From a virus (Duplodnaviria > Caudoviricetes), in IMG/VR virus record IMGVR_UViG_3300028840_003750, positions 1 through 58,460 of that record: a stretch of 58,460 nucleotides of DNA; one strand, 5' to 3'. How positions within the stretch are numbered: the stretch's first letter is position 1; every line of letters begins with the position of its first letter. Positions 18,106 through 27,339 of the stretch are shown one piece after another. Made by a program: the position numbers and the translations under genes. Under the pieces are notes generated by a model. The model did not search any database. It had not been told where the DNA came from and saw only the letters and a list, made by a program, of their open reading frames with translations.

Positions 18106-18710
18106 TAGTTGAAGTGTATGACAGCTTTTACTAGCACATTTGTTCCAGCATTGACTGATTGAATGCTATGCCCTATCTCGCGAAAGTGCTCTGGTGGCGG
18201 GAATGTTAGATCATGATATGCTCTACCTTTGATAGATGAGCATCCAAGCCAGTCACCGCGCTTTACGTTAACGCCATCTTCCAAAAGCACCTCAGCAATA
18301 CCTGCAACAACAACCCTGCAAAGAAAACCATCATCAATACCATCCTCGTATACAATACCTATAGCTTCAAGTCGTGTGCTTTGAAGCTGAAAAGCATTAT
18401 TAGAAGCAGGCGATGCCTCTACAACTGATCCCTTTACAGATTGTAATCCTGTCTTGTTCAAAAGCCTAACGGTGTATCCACCTTCAATTGTAACAACATT
18501 ATCAAGCAGGTATGAGCTAATAGCTTCAGCATCACGAGCTGCGGCAGCTGACATTGCTTGCTTAACTGGAAGCTGCCTAACATATGATGGTAAATTGCTA
18601 CCATAGTCTTGCTCGTAGCCAGCCATGCGAGACTTGTATATGTACCCAGCTAATCCAGATATATTAGCTGTGCCATCTGCATTGATAGAAGCTGTGCCAG
18701 TCTCAATCAT
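18105..18710 (-). CDS. Virion protein with capsid-cement/fibre-like C-terminal domain
   Basis: NKTG..SVKGSVV, AIGIVYEDG, VVVAGIAEVL and EHFREIGH. Confidence 0.55.
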   Translation of the reverse strand: MIETGTASINADGTANISGLAGYIYKSRMAGYEQDYGSNLPSYVRQLPVKQAMSAAAARDAEAISSYLLDNVVTIEGGYTVRLLNKTGLQSVKGSVVEASPASNNAFQLQSTRLEAIGIVYEDGIDDGFLCRVVVAGIAEVLLEDGVNVKRGDWLGCSSIKGRAYHDLTFPPPEHFREIGHSIQSVNAGTNVLVKAVIHFN

Positions 18711-19015
18711 TGGTCAAGCGGACAAGTTGGAATAGGTAATGTAGGTATCTCAGGCTGCGGTGCCACAAGACTTATACCTTGTATAGATGGATCAGGTATA
18801 TCTATATCAATACCTGGTATGTTTGTCTTTATGGGTAATGTAGGTATCTCAGGCTGCGGTGCCACAAGACTTATACCTGGTATAGATGGATCAGGTATAT
18901 CTATATCAATACCTGGTATGTTTGGTTTAATCGGTTGTATTGGTATCTCAGGCTGTGGTACTGAAAAGCTTACGCCTGGTAGAGATGGATCAGGTAAGCT
19001 GCATAAGCTAGACAT
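18707..19015 (-). CDS. Pro/Ile-rich protein built of 33-aa repeats
   Basis: About 2.7 copies of PDPSIPGISLVAPQPEIPTLPIKTNIPGIDIDI; 99-bp DNA period (18735 vs 18834). Confidence 0.75.
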   Translation of the reverse strand: MSSLCSLPDPSLPGVSFSVPQPEIPIQPIKPNIPGIDIDIPDPSIPGISLVAPQPEIPTLPIKTNIPGIDIDIPDPSIQGISLVAPQPEIPTLPIPTCPLDQ

Positions 19016-19016
19016 G

Positions 19017-19700
19017 TCACAGTGTCATTGTCCACTTAGCTGACCCTACTCCTGCGTTTCCGCTTGGTCCGACAACAACACTATTAAAAGGAGCAGTAGG
19101 AGCTATCCCTGGAACTGGCGGAGCTGGTGTAATCACGTATCCAAAATGTCCACCCATGGTGCCACAGTTGAATGAGTTTCCAAGGAAGTGAATACCTTGA
19201 GCATTGATAGTGATCATTGATGACTGTGAGCCATTACCAGCGCTAAGCTGTATACTGTCACCTGTCATTGATATCCAGCAATTGCCATTGAATGTCTGAA
19301 CTACACCGTTGGCGCCGTTCATCTCAAGCGTCATAGTTTTACCAGTGCTCTGATTCTTGCTTATGATAAACACAGAATCACTTTCACGCTTGACTAGTAT
19401 CCTTGCCTCACCCTCTGTTACTATGACACTATCACCAGGCTGAAGCTCACCAACCTTTGATGCATTGCGGTTGTCGCGAAAGTCTAGCACAATTCCCTGG
19501 TCGCCATCCCTAACATAGAATGCTTGAGCAGAATCGCCATTATCAGATGGCTCAACTGGCCTTGAGTAGAAGTTGGCAGGACCATACACCGGGGCATCAG
19601 CTAGGTACCCAAAGCCTTCGGTTGCATTGCCTAGCTTGGCGCGCACCTCACCATTTGTAACAGTTGTTTCAACAACGTCTGCTACTCGTGTGTCTATCAT
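19017..19700 (-). CDS. Baseplate spike (Mu gp45/gpV-like)
   Basis: YGPANFYSRP...DNRN...GELQPGDS, then beta-helix-like repeats. Confidence 0.8.
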   Translation of the reverse strand: MIDTRVADVVETTVTNGEVRAKLGNATEGFGYLADAPVYGPANFYSRPVEPSDNGDSAQAFYVRDGDQGIVLDFRDNRNASKVGELQPGDSVIVTEGEARILVKRESDSVFIISKNQSTGKTMTLEMNGANGVVQTFNGNCWISMTGDSIQLSAGNGSQSSMITINAQGIHFLGNSFNCGTMGGHFGYVITPAPPVPGIAPTAPFNSVVVGPSGNAGVGSAKWTMTL

Positions 19701-20440
19701 TGCTGCTGTGCCCTGTAAAGATCAATCCACTGAATGGCGCCATCAGAGATTCTCTTTACGTACAGATTGCAATAGCTAAACAGCTCTCTGATCTTTTGCG
19801 TTGTTATTGATCCTGCTCCAACCTCATCTATACCAAGCTGAGTACGCTGTAAAAGCACAGTCCCGCTATAGCTTTCAGTAAAGGTGCTAGGCTTTTGCCT
19901 GATCGATAGGTATTGCTTTGATAGAGTGTCTGTTTTTTGCTTCAGATACCAGTGATACTCATTTGCCCCAAAGGCAGAGTCAGCTGCTCCGCTATTGATC
20001 GATACCTCAATCTCTGTACCATCGTATGGCTTTGGTATCCCGCTAAAGCCAGTATCAAAGCCACCGCTACGAACAAGATTTATTATTGGATGAAACTCAG
20101 CAGGGTAGCTTTCAACTTCATCAGCGTCACGATATATACTAGCCAATACAGAGGCTACAGTTTCGGCTTGCAGTGTCTCATTGTAAGATAAGGTTATCAA
20201 CAATGGCTGGACACTAGCTATGGTATACCTTCCACTGTTGATGGGCGCATTGATCACATCCAGCCTCATGTCGGCTAGGTGCCCATCAGCTGTGAAGTCT
20301 CCTGCTCCCTGCGATATCGTTGCTGGTGGACCAGGCGCATAGGTAAACGTGCCAGCTGACTGACCATATAGCTGGTTGCTCGTGGCGCCACCTATCCCGA
20401 ACAGATATCGGAACTGTGACCATGTAGGGATTACAGCCAT
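19697..20440 (-). CDS. Putative virion protein
   Basis: Between hub and spike; ATGA coupling. Confidence 0.6.
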   Translation of the reverse strand: MAVIPTWSQFRYLFGIGGATSNQLYGQSAGTFTYAPGPPATISQGAGDFTADGHLADMRLDVINAPINSGRYTIASVQPLLITLSYNETLQAETVASVLASIYRDADEVESYPAEFHPIINLVRSGGFDTGFSGIPKPYDGTEIEVSINSGAADSAFGANEYHWYLKQKTDTLSKQYLSIRQKPSTFTESYSGTVLLQRTQLGIDEVGAGSITTQKIRELFSYCNLYVKRISDGAIQWIDLYRAQQQ

Positions 20441-20477
20441 GCTTGACAGGTGCTAGTAGGTGCTAGTAGGTGTGCTA

Positions 20478-20493
20478 TGTTTCACGTGAAACG
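20478..20493. promoter_or_regulatory. parS-like site overlapping an antisense promoter
   Basis: TGTTTCACGTGAAACG overlapping tgcTATGTT and the GGAGGA RBS. Confidence 0.8.
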
Positions 20494-20499
20494 GAGGAG

Positions 20500-20799
20500 A
20501 TGATGAACGCTACAATCGCTAATTCAGCCGTAATCCCTGAAACCATTACTGAACCTATTCGGGTTGAGATTATCGGGGAACCAAATCCCTTGCTGCCTAT
20601 CAGACCGATGCGGCGACACGGTAATTGGCAGGTTGAGATAGAACCATGTAAGCAGTCAGAAGATGTTCTTGCTTTACTCCAAGCCCCAATCGGAACGGCC
20701 TACCAGGCTGGCTTCGTTGGGTGGCACCGCGGACAGGTTCTCGCATACGGCGTTAAACCACGAGATGCTGCTGAAGCGTTGCTCGCAAAAGCAGCATGA
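20500..20799 (+). CDS. Antisense cassette A hypothetical protein
   Basis: GGAGGAG RBS; flanked by two parS-like sites. Confidence 0.7.
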   Translation: MMNATIANSAVIPETITEPIRVEIIGEPNPLLPIRPMRRHGNWQVEIEPCKQSEDVLALLQAPIGTAYQAGFVGWHRGQVLAYGVKPRDAAEALLAKAA

Positions 20800-20804
20800 G
20801 CTAA

Positions 20805-20822
20805 ATGTTTCACGTGAAACAT
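20805..20822. promoter_or_regulatory. Perfect parS palindrome
   Basis: ATGTTTCACGTGAAACAT, an 18-bp palindrome containing the consensus TGTTTCACGTGAAACA. Confidence 0.85.
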
Positions 20823-22040
20823 CTATGCCTCACCAAGGATTAGCGAGCCCTTCGGGATGAGCGTCAGCCGAGTCCGCTGGCCGCGTAGGTCAGCGGACTT
20901 AGTGTTTTCCAGGATCCAGAATGGCTCATCGATGTCCTCTTCTGGGATCACAACCCTAGCTGTTGTCCCGGAAGTCCAGATAGCCCCAGTTGAGCTAAGC
21001 ATCCCTTCTACCGCTCCGGTTATCTGAAAGCCGTTTTGTGACCTGGCACCATGCATCGTGGTAGCCATGATAAGTGCACGTTGCCGATCCGATGCGCGCT
21101 TATCGAATTTGTATAACGGTTTGAAAGCTGCACCACCTTCGCTCTTATAGGTATGCCTACCAGCTGGTATTGTCTCTAGCTGCACCTTTGGAAACGGTGA
21201 GCCTTCTGGACGTGGCGCTCCATCAACTATGATGCCAGCTGTAGGGGCGGTGGCGCTCTTTTGGCCTACCTTATCAGCTTCCTTACCTACTAGGACTATT
21301 TCGCTGTATTGCCCATCATTGGTTTCCCTAACCATGGGTGGGGGGTTATTTATAAAGAGATCGCTATTAGGTATTCCTGCAACGTTACTGTGGCAAATTG
21401 TGTATGATGGATCTTGCTGAAAGTCAGGCTTCGCTAACAGCAATCCGCCATTGACGTCTACTATTAGAACTAGCCCAAAGCGTGCATATATCCTAGCAGC
21501 AAAGGCATATGCCTTTTCGCCATCTCCAACCTGAATATCCTTCTTTTTCAGCTCGGTAGTGATAACGTTAGCTTGCTGGTTAGTGATAGCCTTTCCTGTC
21601 ATTGCTGATAGGTTTTCAGCCGCTGCGATTCGTATCTGATCAAACCCATACATCTCAAGAGCAGCTAGCACAGCGTCAGCTACCTGTGTTCTCTCGTTGA
21701 AGTTTCGGGCCAAGTATGGATCAGCGCTTCCCTCAAACGGTGTAACCAGGACAGTCTTTGCCTCAATGCTGTACTCTGGTCCGGTGTTAGGATACACCCG
21801 ATCGGCTGTAGTGATCAGCATCGTTGCTTGTCGCACGCCGTTTAGCTTCAGCGCTACAAGCCGACCCTTAGTTAGCAGTCTTCTAGCCTCGGGACGCTGC
21901 GCCTTGTTCGGCCGCGCTTGGATGCTCAGTGTCTTTAGCGGATCGAGGTAATTATCTCTCCACTCAAAGCGAGTCCACGACGTGACAGAGTTTCCCTCGT
22001 TATCGATCAGCTCGATTGAAACTCTGTTCTTGTCAGTCAT
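20823..22040 (-). CDS. Baseplate hub (Mu gp44/gpP-like)
   Basis: GEKAYAFAARIYARFGL, YSEIVLVG, V.G...GAIWTSG and TRLTLIP. Confidence 0.85.
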   Translation of the reverse strand: MTDKNRVSIELIDNEGNSVTSWTRFEWRDNYLDPLKTLSIQARPNKAQRPEARRLLTKGRLVALKLNGVRQATMLITTADRVYPNTGPEYSIEAKTVLVTPFEGSADPYLARNFNERTQVADAVLAALEMYGFDQIRIAAAENLSAMTGKAITNQQANVITTELKKKDIQVGDGEKAYAFAARIYARFGLVLIVDVNGGLLLAKPDFQQDPSYTICHSNVAGIPNSDLFINNPPPMVRETNDGQYSEIVLVGKEADKVGQKSATAPTAGIIVDGAPRPEGSPFPKVQLETIPAGRHTYKSEGGAAFKPLYKFDKRASDRQRALIMATTMHGARSQNGFQITGAVEGMLSSTGAIWTSGTTARVVIPEEDIDEPFWILENTKSADLRGQRTRLTLIPKGSLILGEA

Positions 22041-22076
22041 TGTTAACCGTGCTATGTTTCACGTGAAACGGAGAAG
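22030..22076 (+). promoter_or_regulatory. Antisense promoter with embedded parS-like site (22055-22070)
   Basis: TTGTCA(22030)-17-TATGTT(22053) with extended TG, TGTTTCACGTGAAACG, then GGAG. Confidence 0.8.
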
Positions 22077-22199
22077 ATGATGAAGACGAAGAGATTTGTA
22101 GAGCTGCCCTGGAAAACCTACAAGCGTATCTTAGCACTCAAGGAAGCAACAGCTGCTGACTCAGCTAAATGTGTAGTCTTGAACGATTGCAGGAGCTAG
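22077..22199 (+). CDS. Cassette B 40-aa ribbon-helix-helix-like microprotein
   Basis: Hand-translated as MMKTKRFVELPWKTYKRILALKEATAADSAKCVVLNDCRS. Confidence 0.5.
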   Translation: MMKTKRFVELPWKTYKRILALKEATAADSAKCVVLNDCRS

Positions 22200-22205
22200 T
22201 TACAA

Positions 22206-22601
22206 ATGCCAAAGCATATATGTCCTGACTGCAAACAGCCAAAGAAAACAGCTAAATCCAAAAGGTGCAGATCGTGTGCTGGAAAGCATCGTAAGGGTAA
22301 ACCTTACAAGGTAGTTAGCTTTACCATTGAACCAGAGCAAGCTACGTGCAACCTTGCATTCAAGCAAAAGCTACCCAAAAACAGGCTATCAAAAAGAGAA
22401 GTGCTACACATGGCTATTGAGCTATCTGGGCTAGCTATAGATCTATGTGATTTTGAATGCTTGGCATTTAGCCCAAGTGTTTCAGATGAGCTTAATGCTC
22501 TTAGGAAATATGTAAAAGCTCGCGCTGCCCGCTATGGTAGAATGCTTTCGTTTGAGCTAGCTCATGAGGTAAACGATGCCACGAAGACGAAAGCTATCTG
22601 A
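22206..22601 (+). CDS. Cassette B zinc-finger protein
   Basis: CPDC...CRSC. Confidence 0.7.
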   Translation: MPKHICPDCKQPKKTAKSKRCRSCAGKHRKGKPYKVVSFTIEPEQATCNLAFKQKLPKNRLSKREVLHMAIELSGLAIDLCDFECLAFSPSVSDELNALRKYVKARAARYGRMLSFELAHEVNDATKTKAI

Positions 22602-22845
22602 GCTTCCAGTAAGGACATCTAGATTTAAGCACACTTGCTGCGTATGTCTCGACGATATCACTACTAGCCAGCGTTATCATGACGGTGGATACTTCAGACG
22701 CTCACATATATGGTGCGCTATCAAGGCTGAAAACGATCACTCAATAGTCAAGAGTAAAGAAGAGATCAATGAGGCAATAAGGCTGAAGTACGATGCTATA
22801 GCAAAGCAGGTTTACGCTAAGCACGATGCTAAGCATAGTACTTGA
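22576..22845 (+). CDS. Cassette B zinc-binding protein
   Basis: CCVC...HIWC; GAGG RBS. Confidence 0.65.
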   Translation: MPRRRKLSELPVRTSRFKHTCCVCLDDITTSQRYHDGGYFRRSHIWCAIKAENDHSIVKSKEEINEAIRLKYDAIAKQVYAKHDAKHST

Positions 22846-23710
22846 GCAATGTTCCAGTAGGAATACCTGGCGAGCTGGCTGCCACAGGATTAAGCTCAAT
22901 AGCCTCCTCTAGGCTCATCCCATACTGACGCGCAAAGGCGTCAAGTGTTGTTGGGTTGACTACAATGAATCCGTTTTGCTTTCGCGCCTTATTACCTAGG
23001 CTTTTAGCCGTGTCGTCAAGGGCAGCCCAGAATTCCGTTAGTGCGTCAATAGCACCCGTGGCTACGAAGCTGTTAACAGCTATGGCAGTGTCAACCATAA
23101 GCTCAACTACTGCCTTTGCCTTGGTAATCAATGATAGCACATTGAGCTGAGCTAGGAATATGGCAGACTGAATAGCCCTGGCCATCTCTTCTAGCGAAAG
23201 CTCGAATGACTCAGAAGGCACCTCGATATCAATAGCTGATGCTGCGGTATCAGCTGCTGCTGCTACTGTAGCCAGGTCAGGTATATTGACGAAAAACTCC
23301 GATTGCTCGGCAGCTGGATCTTCTACATGTTTTTCAAAGTTGATCTGTACAGCTGCTCCAGCCCTATCCTGTGCTGTGATTCTTACGTTTCCACCTTTTA
23401 CAATAGCCTCATAGTTTCCCCTAACCGGATGCTCTAATGGTCCTGGTTTACCGTCAGATAGAATGGCCCACCATTCATTAAAGTGATTGGGGAAAGCGCC
23501 ACTGTATAGAGTGTTGTAGAACAGTAGAGTTATTGGGGTTGGCGGATGTATATCACCTGTATCTTCATGTCCTGCGCCGTCTACGTATGGCCATTCAATA
23601 CGGTTTTGCCTACGTCCAAACTGAAAGCTAATATCAGTATAACGCGAATGTGTAGATCCTCGCCACTTCAATGGCGGCAATCCCTCGATAACATTCCACG
23701 GATCTGTCAT
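22829..23710 (-). CDS. DNA circulation-like protein (Mu gpN) with LysM-like C-terminus
   Basis: WRG, EWPYVDGAGHEDTG, PGPLEHPVRG and ELNP...IPTGTLL. Confidence 0.85.
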   Translation of the reverse strand: MTDPWNVIEGLPPLKWRGSTHSRYTDISFQFGRRQNRIEWPYVDGAGHEDTGDIHPPTPITLLFYNTLYSGAFPNHFNEWWAILSDGKPGPLEHPVRGNYEAIVKGGNVRITAQDRAGAAVQINFEKHVEDPAAEQSEFFVNIPDLATVAAAADTAASAIDIEVPSESFELSLEEMARAIQSAIFLAQLNVLSLITKAKAVVELMVDTAIAVNSFVATGAIDALTEFWAALDDTAKSLGNKARKQNGFIVVNPTTLDAFARQYGMSLEEAIELNPVAASSPGIPTGTLLKYYA

Positions 23711-23712
23711 AG

Positions 23713-25977
23713 CTACAGCGCTTCTGCCAAAGAAGATACATCTGCAAATCGTCTCAATGCTGCTATTGCGGTATCGGCAGTATTTGCAAAAAGCCCAAGC
23801 TTTTGATTGGCTTCATCTGTATCAATGTCAACCATCTTTCCGCCAGGACCTCTTGCAGCCTTCTCTTCTGGCGTAAGATCTCTTTGCCCAATTGTTCTGC
23901 GAGCTGTCTCGGTTTGAGCAAGCTGAGCTATCAATCTCTGCTGCTCAGCTTGCTGCGCTTCGGTTTCACCACCAAAGAAGCTACGTCCAAGAAATCCACT
24001 GACACCAGGTTTCTGTAATGCATATAGACCCCGTCCGGTCATCTCTGCTGTTGTTGGGTCGGCTGCAACACTAGCTGCTATTTGCTTAGCAACTGTCTCG
24101 TTTACCCCTGCAGAGGTAAACCTCTTTACAAATTCCTGCTGTGTTATATCAGACACATCGCCTTTGAATACACCTTCTCTAGCCCCAGCTATCTGTGCCT
24201 CTGCCTTTAACCTTCTTTCACCAAGGGCTACAAGCTCAGCTCTGGCTTCAGGCGCAGCTCTGAAACCGGCTGGCCCACCAACTCGTCTTGTTAATCTCTC
24301 CTCTTCAACCTTTATCTTTTGCAGCTCTCGTTGACCCTCCTTTATTGCCATCTCTGGAGTTTTCGGCTTCTTGGATATGATTCCTAAAGCCTCAAGACCA
24401 TCAACAGCTAATCCTGCAGCTTCAGCCATGGCAGTAAAAGCTCTACCTGCGCCGCTAAAGTCTGTTGTCTCAATGAAACCAGCAATCTGCTGTATCGTAT
24501 CTGTAATAGCTGGTGTAAACTCTGAGTTAACCTGCGCAACAAGAGACTCCCATGCAGCTGTTAAGTTTGCGCTTGTCTGCTGCTGAGCAATACCTAGATC
24601 TTCCTCTATCTCTGTTCTTGCAGCTGATACGTTAGTAACATTGTCGATCTCTTGACGCAAACGCTGCATTGCAGTAGCGGTAGCAGCTGCCTCTTGCTCA
24701 GGTGTTGCCTTACCCTTGAATGGTGCTAGCTTTTCTTGACGTACCTTATTAAATAATGAGATCAGCGGGGAAACAGCACGGATCCCGCGAACGTCAAAGA
24801 TCTTTTGAAGCTGAGGTAGATTGCCCCTTGCGCCACCAATGATCTCAACAAGAAGATCCTGTATGTCCCTAGTCTGAGTCTTGCCCTTGTCTTTGAATAC
24901 TGAGACACCTGTCTCCTTTTTGATCATAGCCTCTTTTGCTACGACCTGCTTAAACATATTTTCAACAGCTGTTGCGGCTTCTTCACCGCTTGGTGTGGCA
25001 CGTCTGGCGATCTGTGTTAGTCCACCAAGTGTAGCTAATCCACCGGTCCCTCTAAGACCAAACCTGGCTGCAGCAGCAGCTATCTTGGGAAACTGAGCGG
25101 CTGCGTCCTCCATCTCAAAGGCGCCACGTTTACCCTGGATAGCCAAAAGAGCTAAAGCGTCTCCCATGTCTTCTACTGACTTAATGTCGAATTTCTCGAA
25201 CATGTCAGCGGCAGCCGAACCTATCGCTTCAAACTCAGTGCCTGTTGCTACAGCTATCTCAGCAAATACCTTCCCATATTCCCTAGCTAGTTCTAGCCTA
25301 CCAGTCTTGGAAACGAAACGCTCCTGAGCAGCTATAACACCACCAGCTTGTGCACCCCTTACATCTTGCGCTATACCCTCAGCCTCACGTCTTAGGGTTC
25401 GAGGATCAACCCTCCCTCCAACGGTGGTACCCTTAATAGCTAGCCTGGTAGCACGGTCCTGCAGCGCTATACCCTGGCGAGCAGCTAGCCCCGCTACACC
25501 GGTAGCGGCCAGCCCGATGGCGCCGATCCCACGGAGCGCCCCGCCAGCAACCCGGCCAGCGATCTGCCGAATCATCCGCGAGCGGGAGCGCTGGCGGCTC
25601 TGCGCTTGGCGCTGCTGTCGCCGGGCAGTGCGCTCTGCCTCCCGCCGAGCACGGCGCTCAGCCCGCAATCTGGCCCGCTCCTGCTGTTTCAGGAGGCGCA
25701 GATGGTGCCGTGCTGCCCGCTGCTGCGCCTGCCGTTGCGCTCGCTCTACACGCCGCACAGAAGCGAGCTGAGCCCGCTCCGTCGCCTTGACGGCCTTGAG
25801 CTGCTCCCGTTGCCGAGCTGCTGCTGCCTTCCGCGCCTCGGCCGCAGCACCACGCCCCATGCCCGTCGATCGCCTGACAGTGCGCTTGGTCCGCTTGGCT
25901 GACTGCTCGATCGAGCGGAACGCTCGACGCACCCCAGCCTGACCAGCTGCGCTGAAAGTGTAGCGGATATCAGGCAT
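23713..25977 (-). CDS. Tail tape measure protein
   Basis: 754-aa Ala-rich helical protein; QGKRGAFEMEDAA and EAATAVEN. Confidence 0.9.
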   Translation of the reverse strand: MPDIRYTFSAAGQAGVRRAFRSIEQSAKRTKRTVRRSTGMGRGAAAEARKAAAARQREQLKAVKATERAQLASVRRVERAQRQAQQRAARHHLRLLKQQERARLRAERRARREAERTARRQQRQAQSRQRSRSRMIRQIAGRVAGGALRGIGAIGLAATGVAGLAARQGIALQDRATRLAIKGTTVGGRVDPRTLRREAEGIAQDVRGAQAGGVIAAQERFVSKTGRLELAREYGKVFAEIAVATGTEFEAIGSAAADMFEKFDIKSVEDMGDALALLAIQGKRGAFEMEDAAAQFPKIAAAAARFGLRGTGGLATLGGLTQIARRATPSGEEAATAVENMFKQVVAKEAMIKKETGVSVFKDKGKTQTRDIQDLLVEIIGGARGNLPQLQKIFDVRGIRAVSPLISLFNKVRQEKLAPFKGKATPEQEAAATATAMQRLRQEIDNVTNVSAARTEIEEDLGIAQQQTSANLTAAWESLVAQVNSEFTPAITDTIQQIAGFIETTDFSGAGRAFTAMAEAAGLAVDGLEALGIISKKPKTPEMAIKEGQRELQKIKVEEERLTRRVGGPAGFRAAPEARAELVALGERRLKAEAQIAGAREGVFKGDVSDITQQEFVKRFTSAGVNETVAKQIAASVAADPTTAEMTGRGLYALQKPGVSGFLGRSFFGGETEAQQAEQQRLIAQLAQTETARRTIGQRDLTPEEKAARGPGGKMVDIDTDEANQKLGLFANTADTAIAALRRFADVSSLAEAL

Positions 25978-25980
25978 ATC

Positions 25981-26007
25981 GTGCTATAGTTTCAAGCGAA
26001 ACGGAGC
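25981..26007 (+). promoter_or_regulatory. Antisense promoter with degenerate parS-like site
   Basis: GTGCTATAGTTTCAAGCGAAACGGAG; 13/16 match to TGTTTCACGTGAAACG. Confidence 0.6.
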
Positions 26008-26011
26008 AATC

Positions 26012-26101
26012 ATGATGGGTTGTAGCTTAGTGCCACAAGGGCTTGTGTGCATACCAAGAGCACCTAACGACGATGGTGTAATCGTAGAGTGTTGGCTCTA
26101 G
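26012..26101 (+). CDS. Cassette C 29-aa micro-ORF
   Basis: GGAG RBS; its TAG stop interlocks with the opposite gene's stop in CTAG (26098-26101). Confidence 0.45.
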   Translation: MMGCSLVPQGLVCIPRAPNDDGVIVECWL

Positions 26102-26457
26102 CGACGTCTACCAGCTCGGCTAGTGATCCGTCGGATCATAGCATCGATATCCATACCTGCTATGATACCGATCTGCGTGAAGTTTGAGAAACCTCTAGCT
26201 TGCACGAAAATCCCATATAGCACGCTAGCGCTTCCCATTGCCAGCTCTACCAGCCACCCATCTCGTGAGTTGCTAAGCTTTTTGGCAGTAGTTGCTTTGC
26301 GTAAGTTGGTTGTACGGTCCTGGTAAGTCTTGGTAGCTAGCTCTTCTGCCGCTGCTGCCTCTGCTATAGCCATTGCCTCAGACTCGATGCTATCGAGATC
26401 TGAAAGCGCAGAAGCAGCATGCTGACTGACATTGTCAGTCTGTCTTACCATTATCAT
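26098..26457 (-). CDS. HK97 gp10-like tail/neck protein
   Basis: YQDRTTNLRK...YGIFVQARG pattern. Confidence 0.45.
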   Translation of the reverse strand: MIMVRQTDNVSQHAASALSDLDSIESEAMAIAEAAAAEELATKTYQDRTTNLRKATTAKKLSNSRDGWLVELAMGSASVLYGIFVQARGFSNFTQIGIIAGMDIDAMIRRITSRAGRRR

Positions 26458-27337
26458 CTTTGGTCACGTCTATGTATTTGTCTTGCAATGCGCAACCTGC
26501 ATGATGATGTGGACCAGGTGTTGACGGATCTGAACATAGACAAGAGCATAATATACGCTCATCGTCTGCCTGGTTATCGATCTCAGGCTCTGGCTTATGC
26601 CAATCACCTACCAGATCCTGACATACCTTTTCCCATCCTTCTTCGCCATTAAGCGCAGCCTTCATGGCATCGACTGCTGCTAGCCGATCTGTATCCCAGC
26701 GCATAGTAAACAGGCATAGAAGATTGGTTAGCACCTCCCTGTTATACATTGCTAGCAACGCTTCTGGCATGTCGGCAATGTCAAATGCCGCCACAAGCTT
26801 TTCTCTTTCTTCGTCAAGATCAAGCTCCTCGGCAAGAGGTAGCCCGAGCATGCGAGCTATAGCCTCATTATAGAGGTTTACCAGCCCGTTAAGTGAAAAC
26901 GTATCAAAAATATCACGCATGAATGTAGGCGTGATAAACGAGCGTTTAGACGGATTTTCTGGATCTCGAGCAGCTCTGAACAGAGCCTGGATTGTTCCCT
27001 CATCTACGGTTACAGCAGGATCCTCTCTGAATGAATCAGAGCCTTTCCCAGCATGCTTAGCCAACGATGCTGTATGAGCATGAGCCGCTACAAGAGCTAG
27101 ATTGTCATCTGTCTTCTTGTTGAGCCTAAAGACAATATCAAGAGGGAAGTCTGTTCCGTCATGATCGACTAAGCTACCTAGTACAGCTGATGCGTCAACC
27201 TTCAGCTCTTTTTGCTTGGCTGAATGCAACGCAGCTGATAGCTTGCTTATATGACGCTCCTCACGCTTTGGGGCACCTGGCTCATCTCTTGAATACTTCT
27301 GTCTAAGCGTGTCCTCAATACCTTGATTGTTTGGCAC
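26435..27337 (-). CDS. Putative tail assembly chaperone
   Basis: Position between tube and tape measure. Confidence 0.5.
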   Translation of the reverse strand: MPNNQGIEDTLRQKYSRDEPGAPKREERHISKLSAALHSAKQKELKVDASAVLGSLVDHDGTDFPLDIVFRLNKKTDDNLALVAAHAHTASLAKHAGKGSDSFREDPAVTVDEGTIQALFRAARDPENPSKRSFITPTFMRDIFDTFSLNGLVNLYNEAIARMLGLPLAEELDLDEEREKLVAAFDIADMPEALLAMYNREVLTNLLCLFTMRWDTDRLAAVDAMKAALNGEEGWEKVCQDLVGDWHKPEPEIDNQADDERILCSCLCSDPSTPGPHHHAGCALQDKYIDVTKDDNGKTD

Positions 27338-27339
27338 TG

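Noticed and set aside
18735-18996. CRISPR-like array
   Set aside because: Contiguous in-frame 99-bp coding repeats without unique spacers; no cas genes.
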